A stretch of 45,560 nt of DNA from Opitutus sp. GAS368 (lineage in GTDB: Bacteria; Verrucomicrobiota; Verrucomicrobiia; Opitutales; Opitutaceae), in the NCBI GenBank assembly GCA_945861645.1, contig CAMAVZ010000016.1, positions 1-45,560 on the forward strand, given 5' to 3'. Shown here piece after piece: positions 22,334-32,805 of this stretch (within the stretch, counting starts at the first letter, position 1; the number at the start of each line of letters is the position of its first letter). The notes under the pieces were generated by a model, which was given only the letters and a program-made list of their open reading frames with translations, had not been told where the DNA came from and did not search any database. Made by a program: the position numbers and the translations under genes.

Positions 22334-23465
22334 GCAATCTAGGCGCCATTCGTGTCGCCCAACCGAGCGGCAGAAGATCAGATAAGCGCGCTCGCCGGGG
22401 CTCCGAGCGTGAAATACGCGCAGCCACAGATATTCGGCTGATAAATTTGTGGCAATCTATGAGATAATTTTCCGGAGTGTGGGCTAGCACCAATTCGCGG
22501 CTGCGCTTTCGCAAGTGGTCAAGCTGTTCGACAGGACGCTGAAAAATTGTGTGAATTGCCTGGGCCAGAGCCGGCATATCAGCCGGTGGATAATGGCATA
22601 ATGCATCGACCTGGGGAACATACCCGTCGGCCCAGCTGCCGCCTTGGGCAGGATAGAATGGCACTGCTCCTGCGGCCATTCCTTCGAGTAATCCGATAGG
22701 GCCACCCTCGTGATCACTAAAAAAAACGACCGCATCCCAATTGGCCATCACTTGTTTATATTTCGTTCTAGTGACCCAGCCGTACAGATGGGCCTGCCCT
22801 GCAAGCTCGCGCTCCAAGGTTCGCCGGTAGGCTCCGTCACCGATCAGTTCAAAGCGGAAATCTGTTCCGGTGGCACGCATTGCGCGGATAAATTTTGGTA
22901 GTCGGTCGAGCCTTTTTTGCGCCCGTTCCAGCCGACCAACATAACCGAAAATGAGCGGACCACCTGCCTTTTTCGCGATTCGCTCCGGAGGCAATTCAAT
23001 CGGCACCTGGTAGTGATGAGTGCGGTCTTCAACTAATTCCGGTAAAGCGATCGCCACAGTCCGTTGCACCGCGGGCGTGATCGCCAGCGCCCCATCAATC
23101 AGTCCAGCCAATCCCGGCAACGCGGCAGCATGATAAGCCGGATCGCTGTGCAGCATAACCACCCGACGGCTCGACTGATCAAGATCATGAAACAGGGGCA
23201 GGCCCCAGCCATCGTGATAGATTACAAGCCGCCCAGCCAAGGGCGCGAGCGCGAGCGCAAATCGCCGGCGCATCTCCCGCAATGGGGTGCGCCAGGTGAA
23301 ACCAAGGTTGATATAATTCAGCCTCCTCTCTGGGGCGCGATCAAACAGCGCGACGAAAACTTGCTCACCGGGCAAGTGGCGGTGATAATTATGCAGCGTC
23401 TCAGTGCCGCCATGTGCCTGGACGCGCGGAGTAATATGCACCACCCGAGGCAAGTTATGACTCAT
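22320..23465 (-). CDS. Glycosyltransferase family 4
   Basis: HGGTE, YVGRLERAQKRL, SDHEGGPIGLLEGMAAG; 14-nt convergent overlap with the neighbouring GT4. Confidence 0.88.
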   Translation of the reverse strand: MSHNLPRVVHITPRVQAHGGTETLHNYHRHLPGEQVFVALFDRAPERRLNYINLGFTWRTPLREMRRRFALALAPLAGRLVIYHDGWGLPLFHDLDQSSRRVVMLHSDPAYHAAALPGLAGLIDGALAITPAVQRTVAIALPELVEDRTHHYQVPIELPPERIAKKAGGPLIFGYVGRLERAQKRLDRLPKFIRAMRATGTDFRFELIGDGAYRRTLERELAGQAHLYGWVTRTKYKQVMANWDAVVFFSDHEGGPIGLLEGMAAGAVPFYPAQGGSWADGYVPQVDALCHYPPADMPALAQAIHTIFQRPVEQLDHLRKRSRELVLAHTPENYLIDCHKFISRISVAARISRSEPRRARLSDLLPLGWATRMAPRLLTCR

Positions 23466-23681
23466 GGTGACCGAGGCTGGGACGGTGCTCCTATCTGCGG
23501 CAAGTTTATAGCTGCATGATCATTTTTCTTCCGCCTTATTGTACTCGTGATTCTAACAAAAAATTGCTTCCAGCAGAGCAAACGGAAAGGCGTAGTCGAC
23601 GGGGGCTTGCCTCAGCCCATCGAGTTGAGCCAGCGTAAATGTTAACCGCGGTTCTTTCATCATTTTATCAATAGCCCTACG

Positions 23682-25166
23682 ATGATTCCTGCAGGTGGTG
23701 GATCCGATTTCACTCTGAGCCAAGCAGCTGCTGGCTATCAAACGACCTTACTATCACAGGGGGTACGCCTGCTGTTCAAAATCGCCGGCGTAGTCGTGCT
23801 TGCCCGGCTAGTTTCACCATCGGAACACGGCTTGTTTGCTATGGGCGCCAGTCTAACGCTGCTGCTTGCGCTGTTTCGCGACCTCGGCACTGGCGGCGCC
23901 GCCATCCAAACTCAGTCGCTGGCCGAGGGCCAGATGACGGCTTTATGGTGGCTGCACGCTGGATTGGGGATTGTGCTGACTGTACTCACGCTCGGGCTCG
24001 CACCGGCAGTGGCCTTATTTTATAATGAGCCGCGGGTCGCTCCTCTGCTAATTGCGATGAGCGCCAGTTTTTTCCTGAACGGCCTCAACGCCTGGCCGCG
24101 CACCCTACTCCATCGTGCACTGCGCTTCGCCGAACTCAACCGTGTAGAGACGCTCGGATCTGTTGTCGGCACGGTGGCCATGGTGATAGGCGGCGCGTGT
24201 GGCGCGGGGGCTTACGCTTTCGTCGCGTTTCTACTCGCATCTGAGGCGCTGATGCTAGTGATGGCGTGGCGGTTCTGCCGCTGGCGACCTTCCGCGCCGG
24301 CCGCGTGGCGGGATATTGGCCGACTTGGCCAGACCGGTCTACATCTCACGATTTATAATCTGCTACTCTACGGCGTGCAACAAGCAGATACCCTGTTACT
24401 GGGAAAATGGTTCGGTGCCGGGTCGCTCGGGCTCTACAATCGAGCCGGCCAATTGCTCGTCCAACCTACAACGCATCTCGCCGCACCGTTCAGTCAGGTA
24501 TTACTAGCCACCTTGTCACGGCTTGGAACTGGGTCGCCAAATTTTGCGCGCCATTTGCGCGATACAGCCAACACCATTGCTCACTTCACCCTTCCCCTCA
24601 CCGTGGTGTCTATGGTGCGGCCGGATGATATTATTCAGATCGTGCTCGGCTCTAACTGGATTGGGGCCGCTCCCTTGCTCAGATGGCTAGCCGTCAGCGC
24701 TGCAGTATCGTTACTGACTATCACCATCTACCCACTCTGTGTATCGTCAGGTCGCACCCTCCGTTTGACGCAGCTGGCCTTGTTAACGCTACCCGTCACT
24801 CTGCTTGGTTTATGGGTGGGTCGACACCACGGACCAGTTGGTTTGGCGACCGGACTGGCCTGCGCCAATCTTTGTTTATTAATCCCTCGCCTGTGGTGGG
24901 CAACGCACAACACCCCCATGAGGCTACGAGATTATGCTGAGGCGTTTATCGGACCGGTTAGCGTCGCCGCAATTTTCGCCGGTGGCCTGCAGGCTGGCAG
25001 TTGGTGGTTTGGCGGCCTAAATTTCTTTCCCCAATTTATGGCCGCGATTTTTTGTGGTGTCGCTGCAATCGCTCTTTGCGCTTTGATCTGGCCACGAGTG
25101 CAGCGGGAATTCGCAAGCCTATGGAACCACCTTCCATTGCAGCGCAACAATTTCACTAAGCCATGA
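23682..25166 (+). CDS. Wzx-type polysaccharide flippase (PST/MOP family)
   Basis: LARLVSPSEHGL, DLGTGGAAIQ, FYNEP, DTLLLGKWFGAGSLGLYNRA; many TM segments. Confidence 0.9.
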   Translation: MIPAGGGSDFTLSQAAAGYQTTLLSQGVRLLFKIAGVVVLARLVSPSEHGLFAMGASLTLLLALFRDLGTGGAAIQTQSLAEGQMTALWWLHAGLGIVLTVLTLGLAPAVALFYNEPRVAPLLIAMSASFFLNGLNAWPRTLLHRALRFAELNRVETLGSVVGTVAMVIGGACGAGAYAFVAFLLASEALMLVMAWRFCRWRPSAPAAWRDIGRLGQTGLHLTIYNLLLYGVQQADTLLLGKWFGAGSLGLYNRAGQLLVQPTTHLAAPFSQVLLATLSRLGTGSPNFARHLRDTANTIAHFTLPLTVVSMVRPDDIIQIVLGSNWIGAAPLLRWLAVSAAVSLLTITIYPLCVSSGRTLRLTQLALLTLPVTLLGLWVGRHHGPVGLATGLACANLCLLIPRLWWATHNTPMRLRDYAEAFIGPVSVAAIFAGGLQAGSWWFGGLNFFPQFMAAIFCGVAAIALCALIWPRVQREFASLWNHLPLQRNNFTKP

Positions 25167-26326
25167 TCTCACGCCCAGATAAACCCCGCCGATTGCGCGT
25201 GCTACAGTGCATCACTCGTCTGGGGTTGGGCGGCTCCGAGCGCGTAGCCTTCGCCATCATGGATGCATTGCGCGCTGAGATCGACTTTGCGGTTTTCACT
25301 GTTCACGGGACCAGTGGAGACGCGGTAGGTGCCGGCCTCCAACGTGAACTGGAGGCAACCCAAACCCCCTGGTTTGCCGGCACGGCTGTGCCGATAAAAT
25401 GCGGCGGGATGCTAACTGGCGCGTATGCCCTGGCACAAGCCATCCGGAAATTTTGTCCCGATTTAGTTCATTTTCACACAGAGATTCCTGAGTCTTGCGG
25501 TGCGCTGTTAGCTCAATTTTCTCCGATCTTTGCCCAAGTTCCGGTAGTTCGAACAATTCACAACAGCATCTATTGGCGTTATTGGCCTAGGATTGGTCGT
25601 TGGTGTGACCGGCGGCTGGTGCACGCCCACGTAGCTTGCGTATCTGCAGCTGCTCGCGATGAATTTCTCCGTTATCGAAAAGATAGCGGCGCAGGTCAGC
25701 CTCCCACGGAACCCGTAGTCATTTACAACGGAGTCGCTATTCAACCCCGGGCGCCACGCTCTAGCCCACACGACAGTGACCGCCGCAAGATTCTTTTTGC
25801 GGGACGTTTCGAAATGCAAAAAGGTACGGACATATTGTGCCGCGCCTTGCCACTGGTTCGCCTACCCGCCAATATTTCTCTAGGTGAGCTCACCTTCATG
25901 GGGCATGGAGCGCAGGCCGCACAGGTGAGCAAATTGGCGGCAAATCCACCCCCGGGGTGGGCGGTCACCCTATGCCCACCTAACGCCAACCTAACTACAA
26001 TCTACGCGCAATTTGATCTGGTGGTAATGCCCTCGCGCTTTGAGGGACTAGGGTTGATCGCCATTGAGGCCTCCCTGTGCGGTCTGCCCGTAGTGACAAC
26101 GGATGTACCCGGCCTGCGTGAAGCATTGCCACCAGACTATCCCTGGCGGGCCCAGCCAAACGATGCCGAGAGCCTAGCAAATAGCCTGAGTTCAGCGCTT
26201 ACAAAAACCGACCACTGGGGGGAGGCGGTGCATAAAGCCCAGCGGCTAGCTCTGGCGCGATTCAGCCCCAAGGCCATGGGAGATGGTTATCGGCAACTCT
26301 ATTTTCTGGCGCTAGAAAAGCCCTAA
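25163..26326 (+). CDS. Glycosyltransferase family 4
   Basis: LGGSER, IYNGV, FAGRFEMQKG, PSRFEGLGLIAIEASLCGLPVVTTDVPGLRE; ATGA overlap with wzx. Confidence 0.92.
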   Translation: MISRPDKPRRLRVLQCITRLGLGGSERVAFAIMDALRAEIDFAVFTVHGTSGDAVGAGLQRELEATQTPWFAGTAVPIKCGGMLTGAYALAQAIRKFCPDLVHFHTEIPESCGALLAQFSPIFAQVPVVRTIHNSIYWRYWPRIGRWCDRRLVHAHVACVSAAARDEFLRYRKDSGAGQPPTEPVVIYNGVAIQPRAPRSSPHDSDRRKILFAGRFEMQKGTDILCRALPLVRLPANISLGELTFMGHGAQAAQVSKLAANPPPGWAVTLCPPNANLTTIYAQFDLVVMPSRFEGLGLIAIEASLCGLPVVTTDVPGLREALPPDYPWRAQPNDAESLANSLSSALTKTDHWGEAVHKAQRLALARFSPKAMGDGYRQLYFLALEKP

Positions 26327-26472
26327 CTCGCGCTATCACGTACAGGGCAGTGCTTGATAAATGGCTTAAGCACACCGCGCCTGCTGACATAAAATTAACC
26401 CATTGCTGCGCTAAGTGTGATGCAGGTTCGGTTTGAGCCTAGCCCGCCGATGCTCTGAGGTTGCACCGAATA

Positions 26473-27954
26473 ATGAGCCCAGCTCTCCTCGTGGGCATGG
26501 AACCGCGTCTGCGCCTTTTGCTTTTTAGCCTCGGGGCCTCGGCTGGGGCGATCTGGCTCGGGGTTGCACTGGCGAATGAGGAATACTTCATGACTGCGCT
26601 CACCGCGGGCAGTGCGTTGTGGATTATTTTTGCCTGGTCTCGCGGGCCGCTCGCCGAGACTTGGTTGCTCAGCTTTCTTTTTTTTGGTTACATCATCGGT
26701 AATCGCGGTTTCGCCCAAATAGCCCCGCTGGCGAGCTTACCCCTGTTCTTCAGTGAGCTAAGCCTGGTCTGCTTATTAGTGATGACCGCCCTGCGCGGCG
26801 CCCTGCAGCGCCAGCTGCCCCTGCGCCGCGACTGGCTCAATGGCCTGTTGCTTTTCTGGCTAGCCCTTGGGGCCGGACGACTTGGGTGGGATGTAAAGCG
26901 CTACAGCTTTTTCGCTCTGCGCGACTTCGCCATGGTCTATTACTTAATTTATTTTTTTGTGACTCAGTTTTTGGCAAACCATGCACCTTCCCGCCGCTTA
27001 CTGCACATCGCCCTGCTGCTTACCTTTGCCCTACTGCCTCTAACAGGACTATTCAGCACGCTATTTTCTGAGTTTTTCATTTCCAACCTGATCCTGGGCG
27101 GCGTACCGCTGATTTTCTATAAGGGCGACCTGCTCGCGACCTTTCTCTTCACCGGCTACATCGTCCTGCTGCCAGCTGGGCAATTCCACTGGCAAGATGC
27201 TTGGTGGCGCTGGCTGACAGCCCTGGCTTCGCTGACTTTAGGGCTAACCTTAACCTCCCGCTCCAGCATGGTCGGCCTGATGGTGGCCATCGGTTGGTTG
27301 GCCTGGGCGGGGCGCTGGCGACCGCTGCGCACGCTGATCGCGATCTGTACCGTTGGCTTGCTCGCAGTAACCGCTTATTCGCTGCTGCAGAAAAAAGACT
27401 TCAACCAGAGCAAGGCCTACGCGGTGTATGAGGCGGTCGTCTCAATTGCTGATTACAGCGGCACGCGCAATTACCAGAATGACCTGACCAACGACAAAGG
27501 TGACAATAACCGCTTCCGTCTCATTTGGTGGAAAAATGTCGCGGAAGAAACTCTTTCTACTGCACCCGTACTGGGGCAAGGCTTTGGCGCCGATCTTAGC
27601 CATGGATTTCTGCGCGAATATTACGCCACGTCCAATGAGGATTTTACGGCACGCAGCCCGCATAATATTTTCATGACGACCCTCGGCCGAATGGGTTTGG
27701 CGGGATTTTTCGTATTGCTGGGTATTTATTTTGTGCAGGCGCGCTCGACCGCCCGAGTTGCCCGCGCCGCTCGCCATGATCCGGCGCGCGCTGAGGCCAT
27801 GACGCTCCAAGCCGCGGTGTGGGTAGTCATGATCAGCGCCTGCCTCGGGGTAGTCCTCGAAGGTCCCATGGGGGCCATTCCCTTTTGGATTATGCTAGGA
27901 TTAGCACACCATGCGGCCACTGCGCCGTTGCCAGCGGACTCCGTGTCGGTTTAG
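26473..27954 (+). CDS. O-antigen ligase / Wzy-like polymerase family membrane protein
   Basis: Multi-TM protein with LTSRS, periplasmic loop R..WW, PVLGQGFG, RSPHN, GRMGLAG. Start could also be ATG 26497. Confidence 0.85.
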   Translation: MSPALLVGMEPRLRLLLFSLGASAGAIWLGVALANEEYFMTALTAGSALWIIFAWSRGPLAETWLLSFLFFGYIIGNRGFAQIAPLASLPLFFSELSLVCLLVMTALRGALQRQLPLRRDWLNGLLLFWLALGAGRLGWDVKRYSFFALRDFAMVYYLIYFFVTQFLANHAPSRRLLHIALLLTFALLPLTGLFSTLFSEFFISNLILGGVPLIFYKGDLLATFLFTGYIVLLPAGQFHWQDAWWRWLTALASLTLGLTLTSRSSMVGLMVAIGWLAWAGRWRPLRTLIAICTVGLLAVTAYSLLQKKDFNQSKAYAVYEAVVSIADYSGTRNYQNDLTNDKGDNNRFRLIWWKNVAEETLSTAPVLGQGFGADLSHGFLREYYATSNEDFTARSPHNIFMTTLGRMGLAGFFVLLGIYFVQARSTARVARAARHDPARAEAMTLQAAVWVVMISACLGVVLEGPMGAIPFWIMLGLAHHAATAPLPADSVSV

Positions 27955-27969
27955 CTACAAGCCTATCTT

Positions 27970-29205
27970 ATGGAGAAGGCCTCGCGCAGCATTGATCTGA
28001 GTAATTTCTTCAAGGTCACCACGCGTGAGCGCTTCGACTGGATGACGCCCGTTTGCCTAGTGCTGCTAGCGACCTTCGGGGTATTTTTCATCTACAGCGC
28101 CCAAATGGCTAGCGGGCGCGAGCAGTGGGAACAGCAAATCGTGTGGTTGGGAGCTGGAGCGATTGTGTACCTGGCGACCGCTTTCCTGGATTATCGCCTG
28201 TGGCTGCGCTGGTCGCATTGGGTGTATCTCTTCAGCCTCATTTTATTATTGTTGGTCCTCGTTCCAGGAATTGGCGAAACCCGCGGCATGGGGGCCCGAC
28301 GCTGGCTAGGGATTGGCGCCTTTTCTTTTCAACCTTCAGAAAGTGCCAAGCTTGCCGTGCTGATCATGACTGCCGCCACCTTGACCGGGGCTAAAATCGG
28401 CACAGTGCGCGATTCCCTTCAGACGCTGATAAAATTGGCTCTTGCGGCAGGTATTCCCATGGTGTTGATACTCGCCGAACCTGACCTCGGAACCGCCTTG
28501 GTCCTCGCCCCGATGGTCTTCGCTATGCTTTACATTTCCAATCTTTCGTCGCGGTTTTTTACCGCGGCAGTTGGGGTGTTTGCCCTGCTTGTGGGCTTAG
28601 TGGCACTCGATACATGGCGCTACGCTACGTTCTTGGCGGACAATAACTTTCTAAAGCCCCAAGAAGCTCGCGGCCAATATGAAGCCCACTCTTGGCTGCC
28701 GCTTCATGATTATCAACGCGAACGCGTTTTTGCCTTCGTCGCCCCCGACAAGATCGATCCGACCGGCATTGGCTGGAATCAGCACCAATCACTCATCTCC
28801 GTCGGCTCCGGCGGGCTTACGGGCAAAGGCTGGACCGAGGGCACGCAAGCCAAACTCGGCTATCTGCCGCGCGGCATTGCGCATAACGATTTCATCTTCT
28901 CCGTGATTGCGGAGGAGAAAGGATTTTTGGGAAGCATCACCGTCATTGGACTCTTCGGCGTGGTGTTGTGGAACGGAATTCGGATCGCAGGCCTCGCCCG
29001 CGACCGTTTCGGCGCACTCTTAGCGCTGGGCGTCACAGTGCTCATTGCCGTGCACGTTTTCGTTAACATCGCCATGACCATCGGCCTAGTGCCGGTAACA
29101 GGTATACCGCTTCCCTTCATTAGCTACGGCGGCACCTTTGTGCTCAGCTGCTGCTTGCTGCAAGGACTGGTTCAAAGCGTCTATCGTTTCCGGAGGGACT
29201 TTTAA
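27970..29205 (+). CDS. rodA: Rod shape-determining SEDS protein RodA
   Basis: GARRW, QPSESAK, EPDLGTA, YQRERV, QSLISVGSGG, HNDFIFSVIAEE, PVTGIPLPFISYGG. Confidence 0.92.
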   Translation: MEKASRSIDLSNFFKVTTRERFDWMTPVCLVLLATFGVFFIYSAQMASGREQWEQQIVWLGAGAIVYLATAFLDYRLWLRWSHWVYLFSLILLLLVLVPGIGETRGMGARRWLGIGAFSFQPSESAKLAVLIMTAATLTGAKIGTVRDSLQTLIKLALAAGIPMVLILAEPDLGTALVLAPMVFAMLYISNLSSRFFTAAVGVFALLVGLVALDTWRYATFLADNNFLKPQEARGQYEAHSWLPLHDYQRERVFAFVAPDKIDPTGIGWNQHQSLISVGSGGLTGKGWTEGTQAKLGYLPRGIAHNDFIFSVIAEEKGFLGSITVIGLFGVVLWNGIRIAGLARDRFGALLALGVTVLIAVHVFVNIAMTIGLVPVTGIPLPFISYGGTFVLSCCLLQGLVQSVYRFRRDF

Positions 29206-29309
29206 CATGAGTCTCCTCCCTCCCGATATGGACCGCTCTGCCGGAATCTCCTGCGCACAGCCTGCTGCTCACGGATGCCCCGTTACAACCACCCGGGATC
29301 AACCTCACC

Positions 29310-31061
29310 ATGAACAACGATCAGCCCACCAACTCCAGCTCCCCCCAGGACGCCGCCTCACGTTATGAAGAAGAACTCACCAATCCCCCGCCGCCGAAGC
29401 ACAGCGAGCCTCTCACGACTGAACAACTCCGCAATGAATCGAAGGAACGCGCCGCCAACCGGCCTATTCTCCAAAAAATTCTGAGCGTCTTCCGCAAGGA
29501 AAAAGGCTCGTTCCGCGAGCTCGTCATTAATTCAGAGCCGCTCGAGAAGCGCGTCGCGCTCCTCATTGACGGCACCCTCGACCGCTTCGAAATCGAACGC
29601 GAATCTGATAGCCGCATGGTCGGCGGCATCTACAAAGGCCGCATCAAGAACCTCGATCCCGGCCTCAAGGCCGCCTTCGTCGACATCGGGTATAACAAGA
29701 ACGCCTTTCTTCATTATTGGGATATGCTCCCCGCCGCCACCGACTCGTCGGTTGAGGTCGTCCGCGTTAATAAGAAGAAAGACACTGGGGGCCAGCGCCC
29801 CGCGCTGCCCACGGTCAAGGACATCCCGAGCATGTACCCACCGGGCACGGATATCGTCATCCAAGTCACCAAAGGCCCCATTGGCACCAAAGGCCCGCGG
29901 ACCACGACCAATCTCTCCCTGCCTGGTCGCTACCTGATCCTCACCCCGTTCTCTGACGGCTGCGGAATTTCGCGTAAAATTGAGGACCCCCAAGAGCGTA
30001 AACGCCTCAAAACGCTCATCAATGAACTGACCATCCCGGAGGGCATGGGGGTCATCGTCCGGACCGCGGGCGAAGGCAAGAAGCCTCGTTACTTTGTCCG
30101 CGACCTCCACCTGCTACTCTCCAAATGGCAGGAGATCATGCAGAAGATGGAAAACGATCGCGCGCCCACCTGCCTTTATCAGGAACCGGATATCGTTGAG
30201 CGCACCGTGCGTGATTTCCTCACGGAGGACATCGACCGCGTGCTCATTGATAACGAGTCTGACTACAAGCGTACCCAAGAACTTGTCGCGCAGATCTCCT
30301 CCCGCTCCCGCGGCAAGATCGCCTATTATAAAGAGGCCATCCCCGTCTTCGAACGCTACAACATCGAGCGCCAGATCGAGCAAACCTTCCAGCGCCGCGT
30401 CCCCCTGCCTTCGGGCGGTGAAATCGTGATCGATGAAACGGAGGCCCTCATCTCCATCGATGTTAATACGGGCTCCCATAAATCGCGCTTCGGTGATGAG
30501 AAAAACACTATCTTCCAAGTGAACATGGAGGCCGCGGTAGAAATCTCTCGGCAAATCCGGCTCCGCAATATCGGCGGCTTGGTGATTATGGATTACATCG
30601 ACATGAAGGAGCGCCGCCACCGGAATTCCGTTTATGATAAGATGGTCGAGCTTATGTCAGAGGACAAAGCGAAGACGCACATCTTGCCGATCTCCACGCT
30701 TGGCATCATGCAGATGACCCGCCAGCGCCAGCAGGAATCGCTCTCGGCCAATATCTATACCAGCTGCCCTTATTGCCGGGGCCGCGGGATCGTGAAATCA
30801 GCCACGACGATGTCGGTTGAACTCCAACGCAAACTCTCCGCCGTCGCCCGTCGACTCCAGACCCGCAACGACGGGAAGGAATATGCGCTGCGCGTGCACG
30901 TGCATCCCTCGATTCTCGAACGCCTCCGCGTCGAAGATTCCGAGCTGCTCGTCCGCGTCGAAAAAGCCCACGGCGTGAAATTAGCCTTCCGGGCTGATCC
31001 CAACTACCACGTGGAGAACTTCAAGATCATCAACGCGCTCACCAACGAAGAATATCGATAA
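29310..31061 (+). CDS. Rne/Rng-family ribonuclease (RNase E/G catalytic domain, no long C-terminal scaffold)
   Basis: [19 protein letters not shown] (S1), [33 protein letters not shown], Zn-link CPYCRGRG. Confidence 0.93.
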   Translation: MNNDQPTNSSSPQDAASRYEEELTNPPPPKHSEPLTTEQLRNESKERAANRPILQKILSVFRKEKGSFRELVINSEPLEKRVALLIDGTLDRFEIERESDSRMVGGIYKGRIKNLDPGLKAAFVDIGYNKNAFLHYWDMLPAATDSSVEVVRVNKKKDTGGQRPALPTVKDIPSMYPPGTDIVIQVTKGPIGTKGPRTTTNLSLPGRYLILTPFSDGCGISRKIEDPQERKRLKTLINELTIPEGMGVIVRTAGEGKKPRYFVRDLHLLLSKWQEIMQKMENDRAPTCLYQEPDIVERTVRDFLTEDIDRVLIDNESDYKRTQELVAQISSRSRGKIAYYKEAIPVFERYNIERQIEQTFQRRVPLPSGGEIVIDETEALISIDVNTGSHKSRFGDEKNTIFQVNMEAAVEISRQIRLRNIGGLVIMDYIDMKERRHRNSVYDKMVELMSEDKAKTHILPISTLGIMQMTRQRQQESLSANIYTSCPYCRGRGIVKSATTMSVELQRKLSAVARRLQTRNDGKEYALRVHVHPSILERLRVEDSELLVRVEKAHGVKLAFRADPNYHVENFKIINALTNEEYR

Positions 31062-31093
31062 GCATTAATCCCGCTTAAAAATAAACTTTGCGC

Positions 31094-31125
31094 AAAGGCC
31101 GGCGCGCATTGCGACGGCCTTTTTT
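31094..31125 (+). terminator. Rho-independent terminator after rne/rng
   Basis: AAAGGCCG...CGGCCTTT stem followed by a T-run ending at 31125. Confidence 0.75.
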
Positions 31126-31240
31126 ATGTCCGCTGCTGGCCTGAATAATAAGACCCGAGCCGTAGATAGATCCGCGACGGCACCGGAAGCAGCTGCCACC
31201 CCTCGCGGCCAGCCCCGTCATCAAGGGACGGTCTACAAAC

Positions 31241-31798
31241 TTAGCTCTTTTTTTCTACGACAGCGGCGGCAATGGCCTCACTGAGGTCGCCGATAGCGGC
31301 GCGCAGCAATCCAACTAGGACTTCAAAATCCTTCCCCTCCCACCCGCGGGCGGTCGTCGTAAAGCTGCCGCGCTGTGCGGTCACGGCGCTCCCATCAGCA
31401 GGTAAAATTGCGTAAGTCGCGGCCAACTGCACCGTATTGCCATTCGCGCGGTTAAGTTCACAGCGTTGCACTTCCACGGTAACGGTCACCCCGCTGCTGA
31501 TGGCGCCAAGCCGAGAGCGCAGCAATTGCGTGATAGCTGAATCGAGCGACTCGGCCCAACGCACATCAGCTAAATAAATTACTTCATGCTCACCCACTCG
31601 GACCGCCATCTGTCGGCCATGAAGATGTCCGGCCAAGAGCACAGGCCGCACCAGCGTGCCCTGCTGCACCGGAGCCATGGGCGCAGGGGCACTGAGCGTG
31701 AAATGTCGCACCGGGTCAGCTCGAGGCACCAACAGATTGCACGAAGTTAAGGTGGCCGCGAGCGCGGTCAGGCCGAGGGAGCGCAGGAAATTTTTCAT
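31241..31798 (-). CDS. ABC-transport auxiliary lipoprotein (PqiC-like)
   Basis: Lipobox LTSC after a signal peptide, RWAESL motif; last gene of the MCE operon. Confidence 0.8.
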   Translation of the reverse strand: MKNFLRSLGLTALAATLTSCNLLVPRADPVRHFTLSAPAPMAPVQQGTLVRPVLLAGHLHGRQMAVRVGEHEVIYLADVRWAESLDSAITQLLRSRLGAISSGVTVTVEVQRCELNRANGNTVQLAATYAILPADGSAVTAQRGSFTTTARGWEGKDFEVLVGLLRAAIGDLSEAIAAAVVEKKS

Positions 31799-31800
31799 AA

Positions 31801-32805
31801 CTATTCGAGCGTAGCTTTCTTTTTACCCACCAAGAGTGAACTGGGATTGCGATCGATGGCATCGGCTAAGCGTTCGAGGGCGGCCGCCGCGGCCGCTACT
31901 TGGCGCAAGGCCAGAGCGGCCTCATCACCCACCGAACCTTGATCGCGTACAAAATTTCTGGTCGTGATTGCGGCCGCATCGAGCGACTGCAAGGCCCCCT
32001 GCGCATCGGCGAGCGTTTGCTTTAACTCGTCACTGACGGGGCCGACTTGGTGATCCAATTTCGCCATCACCGCGCGGGTCTCGGTCAAAGCGTTATTAAG
32101 ATTCGCAAAAGCCTTTTGTGCATCGGGGGTGCTCACAAAATTATTAACCGCATCAGCTGATCGGCCCAGGCGCTCAGCCAGTGCCTTAAGATCGAGGTCC
32201 TGCACTTTTTGATTAGTCGTCACGAGCAGCGTCTTGAGCTCCTTAGACAGCGTGGCGAAGTCGACCTTCTTAATATCGGCGACAATTTCGACAATGCTCT
32301 GCTGCACCTCTGAGATCGGCGAAGCGATCGAGGGCACAACGGGGTATTGATCAGCGGAAAAACGCCGGCTGGCTGGGTACAGCCGGGCATCTTCAAACCG
32401 CAGTTCCACAAACAAAAGCCCCGTGATGCCGGTGAGGCTCAAGCGCGCCCGCAAACCGCGATCGATCAACCCTTGGAGCTCAGCCGAAATCGTCAAATCG
32501 ATCGGCCCCCCGGTGCTGTTCGTCAAAATATTGCGGTCGATCTCGCAGATCACTCGCGTCAGCGCCTCTTTGCTGGACTGGTCATAACGGACACTGATCG
32601 CCGCGACCCGGCCGATGCGGACGCCGTTGACCTTAACCGAGGCGCCCGGGTCCAGCCCACTGACCGACTCGTCAAAATAAATAATGAAGCGCGAAGGCTT
32701 AGAAAAAATATTAGTGCCCCCAAAAGACAGAAAAGAAATTACCGCCAAGAGCATCGCCCCAAGGACGAATAAACCGACGGTGACTGGACTAGGTTTTATT
32801 TTCAC
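31801..32805 (-). CDS. MCE/MlaD-family substrate-binding protein
   Basis: VGLFVL TM anchor, FDESVSGLDPGASVKVNGVRIGRV, GITG, helical tail ending NPSSLLVG. Confidence 0.9.
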   Translation of the reverse strand: MKIKPSPVTVGLFVLGAMLLAVISFLSFGGTNIFSKPSRFIIYFDESVSGLDPGASVKVNGVRIGRVAAISVRYDQSSKEALTRVICEIDRNILTNSTGGPIDLTISAELQGLIDRGLRARLSLTGITGLLFVELRFEDARLYPASRRFSADQYPVVPSIASPISEVQQSIVEIVADIKKVDFATLSKELKTLLVTTNQKVQDLDLKALAERLGRSADAVNNFVSTPDAQKAFANLNNALTETRAVMAKLDHQVGPVSDELKQTLADAQGALQSLDAAAITTRNFVRDQGSVGDEAALALRQVAAAAAALERLADAIDRNPSSLLVGKKKATLE

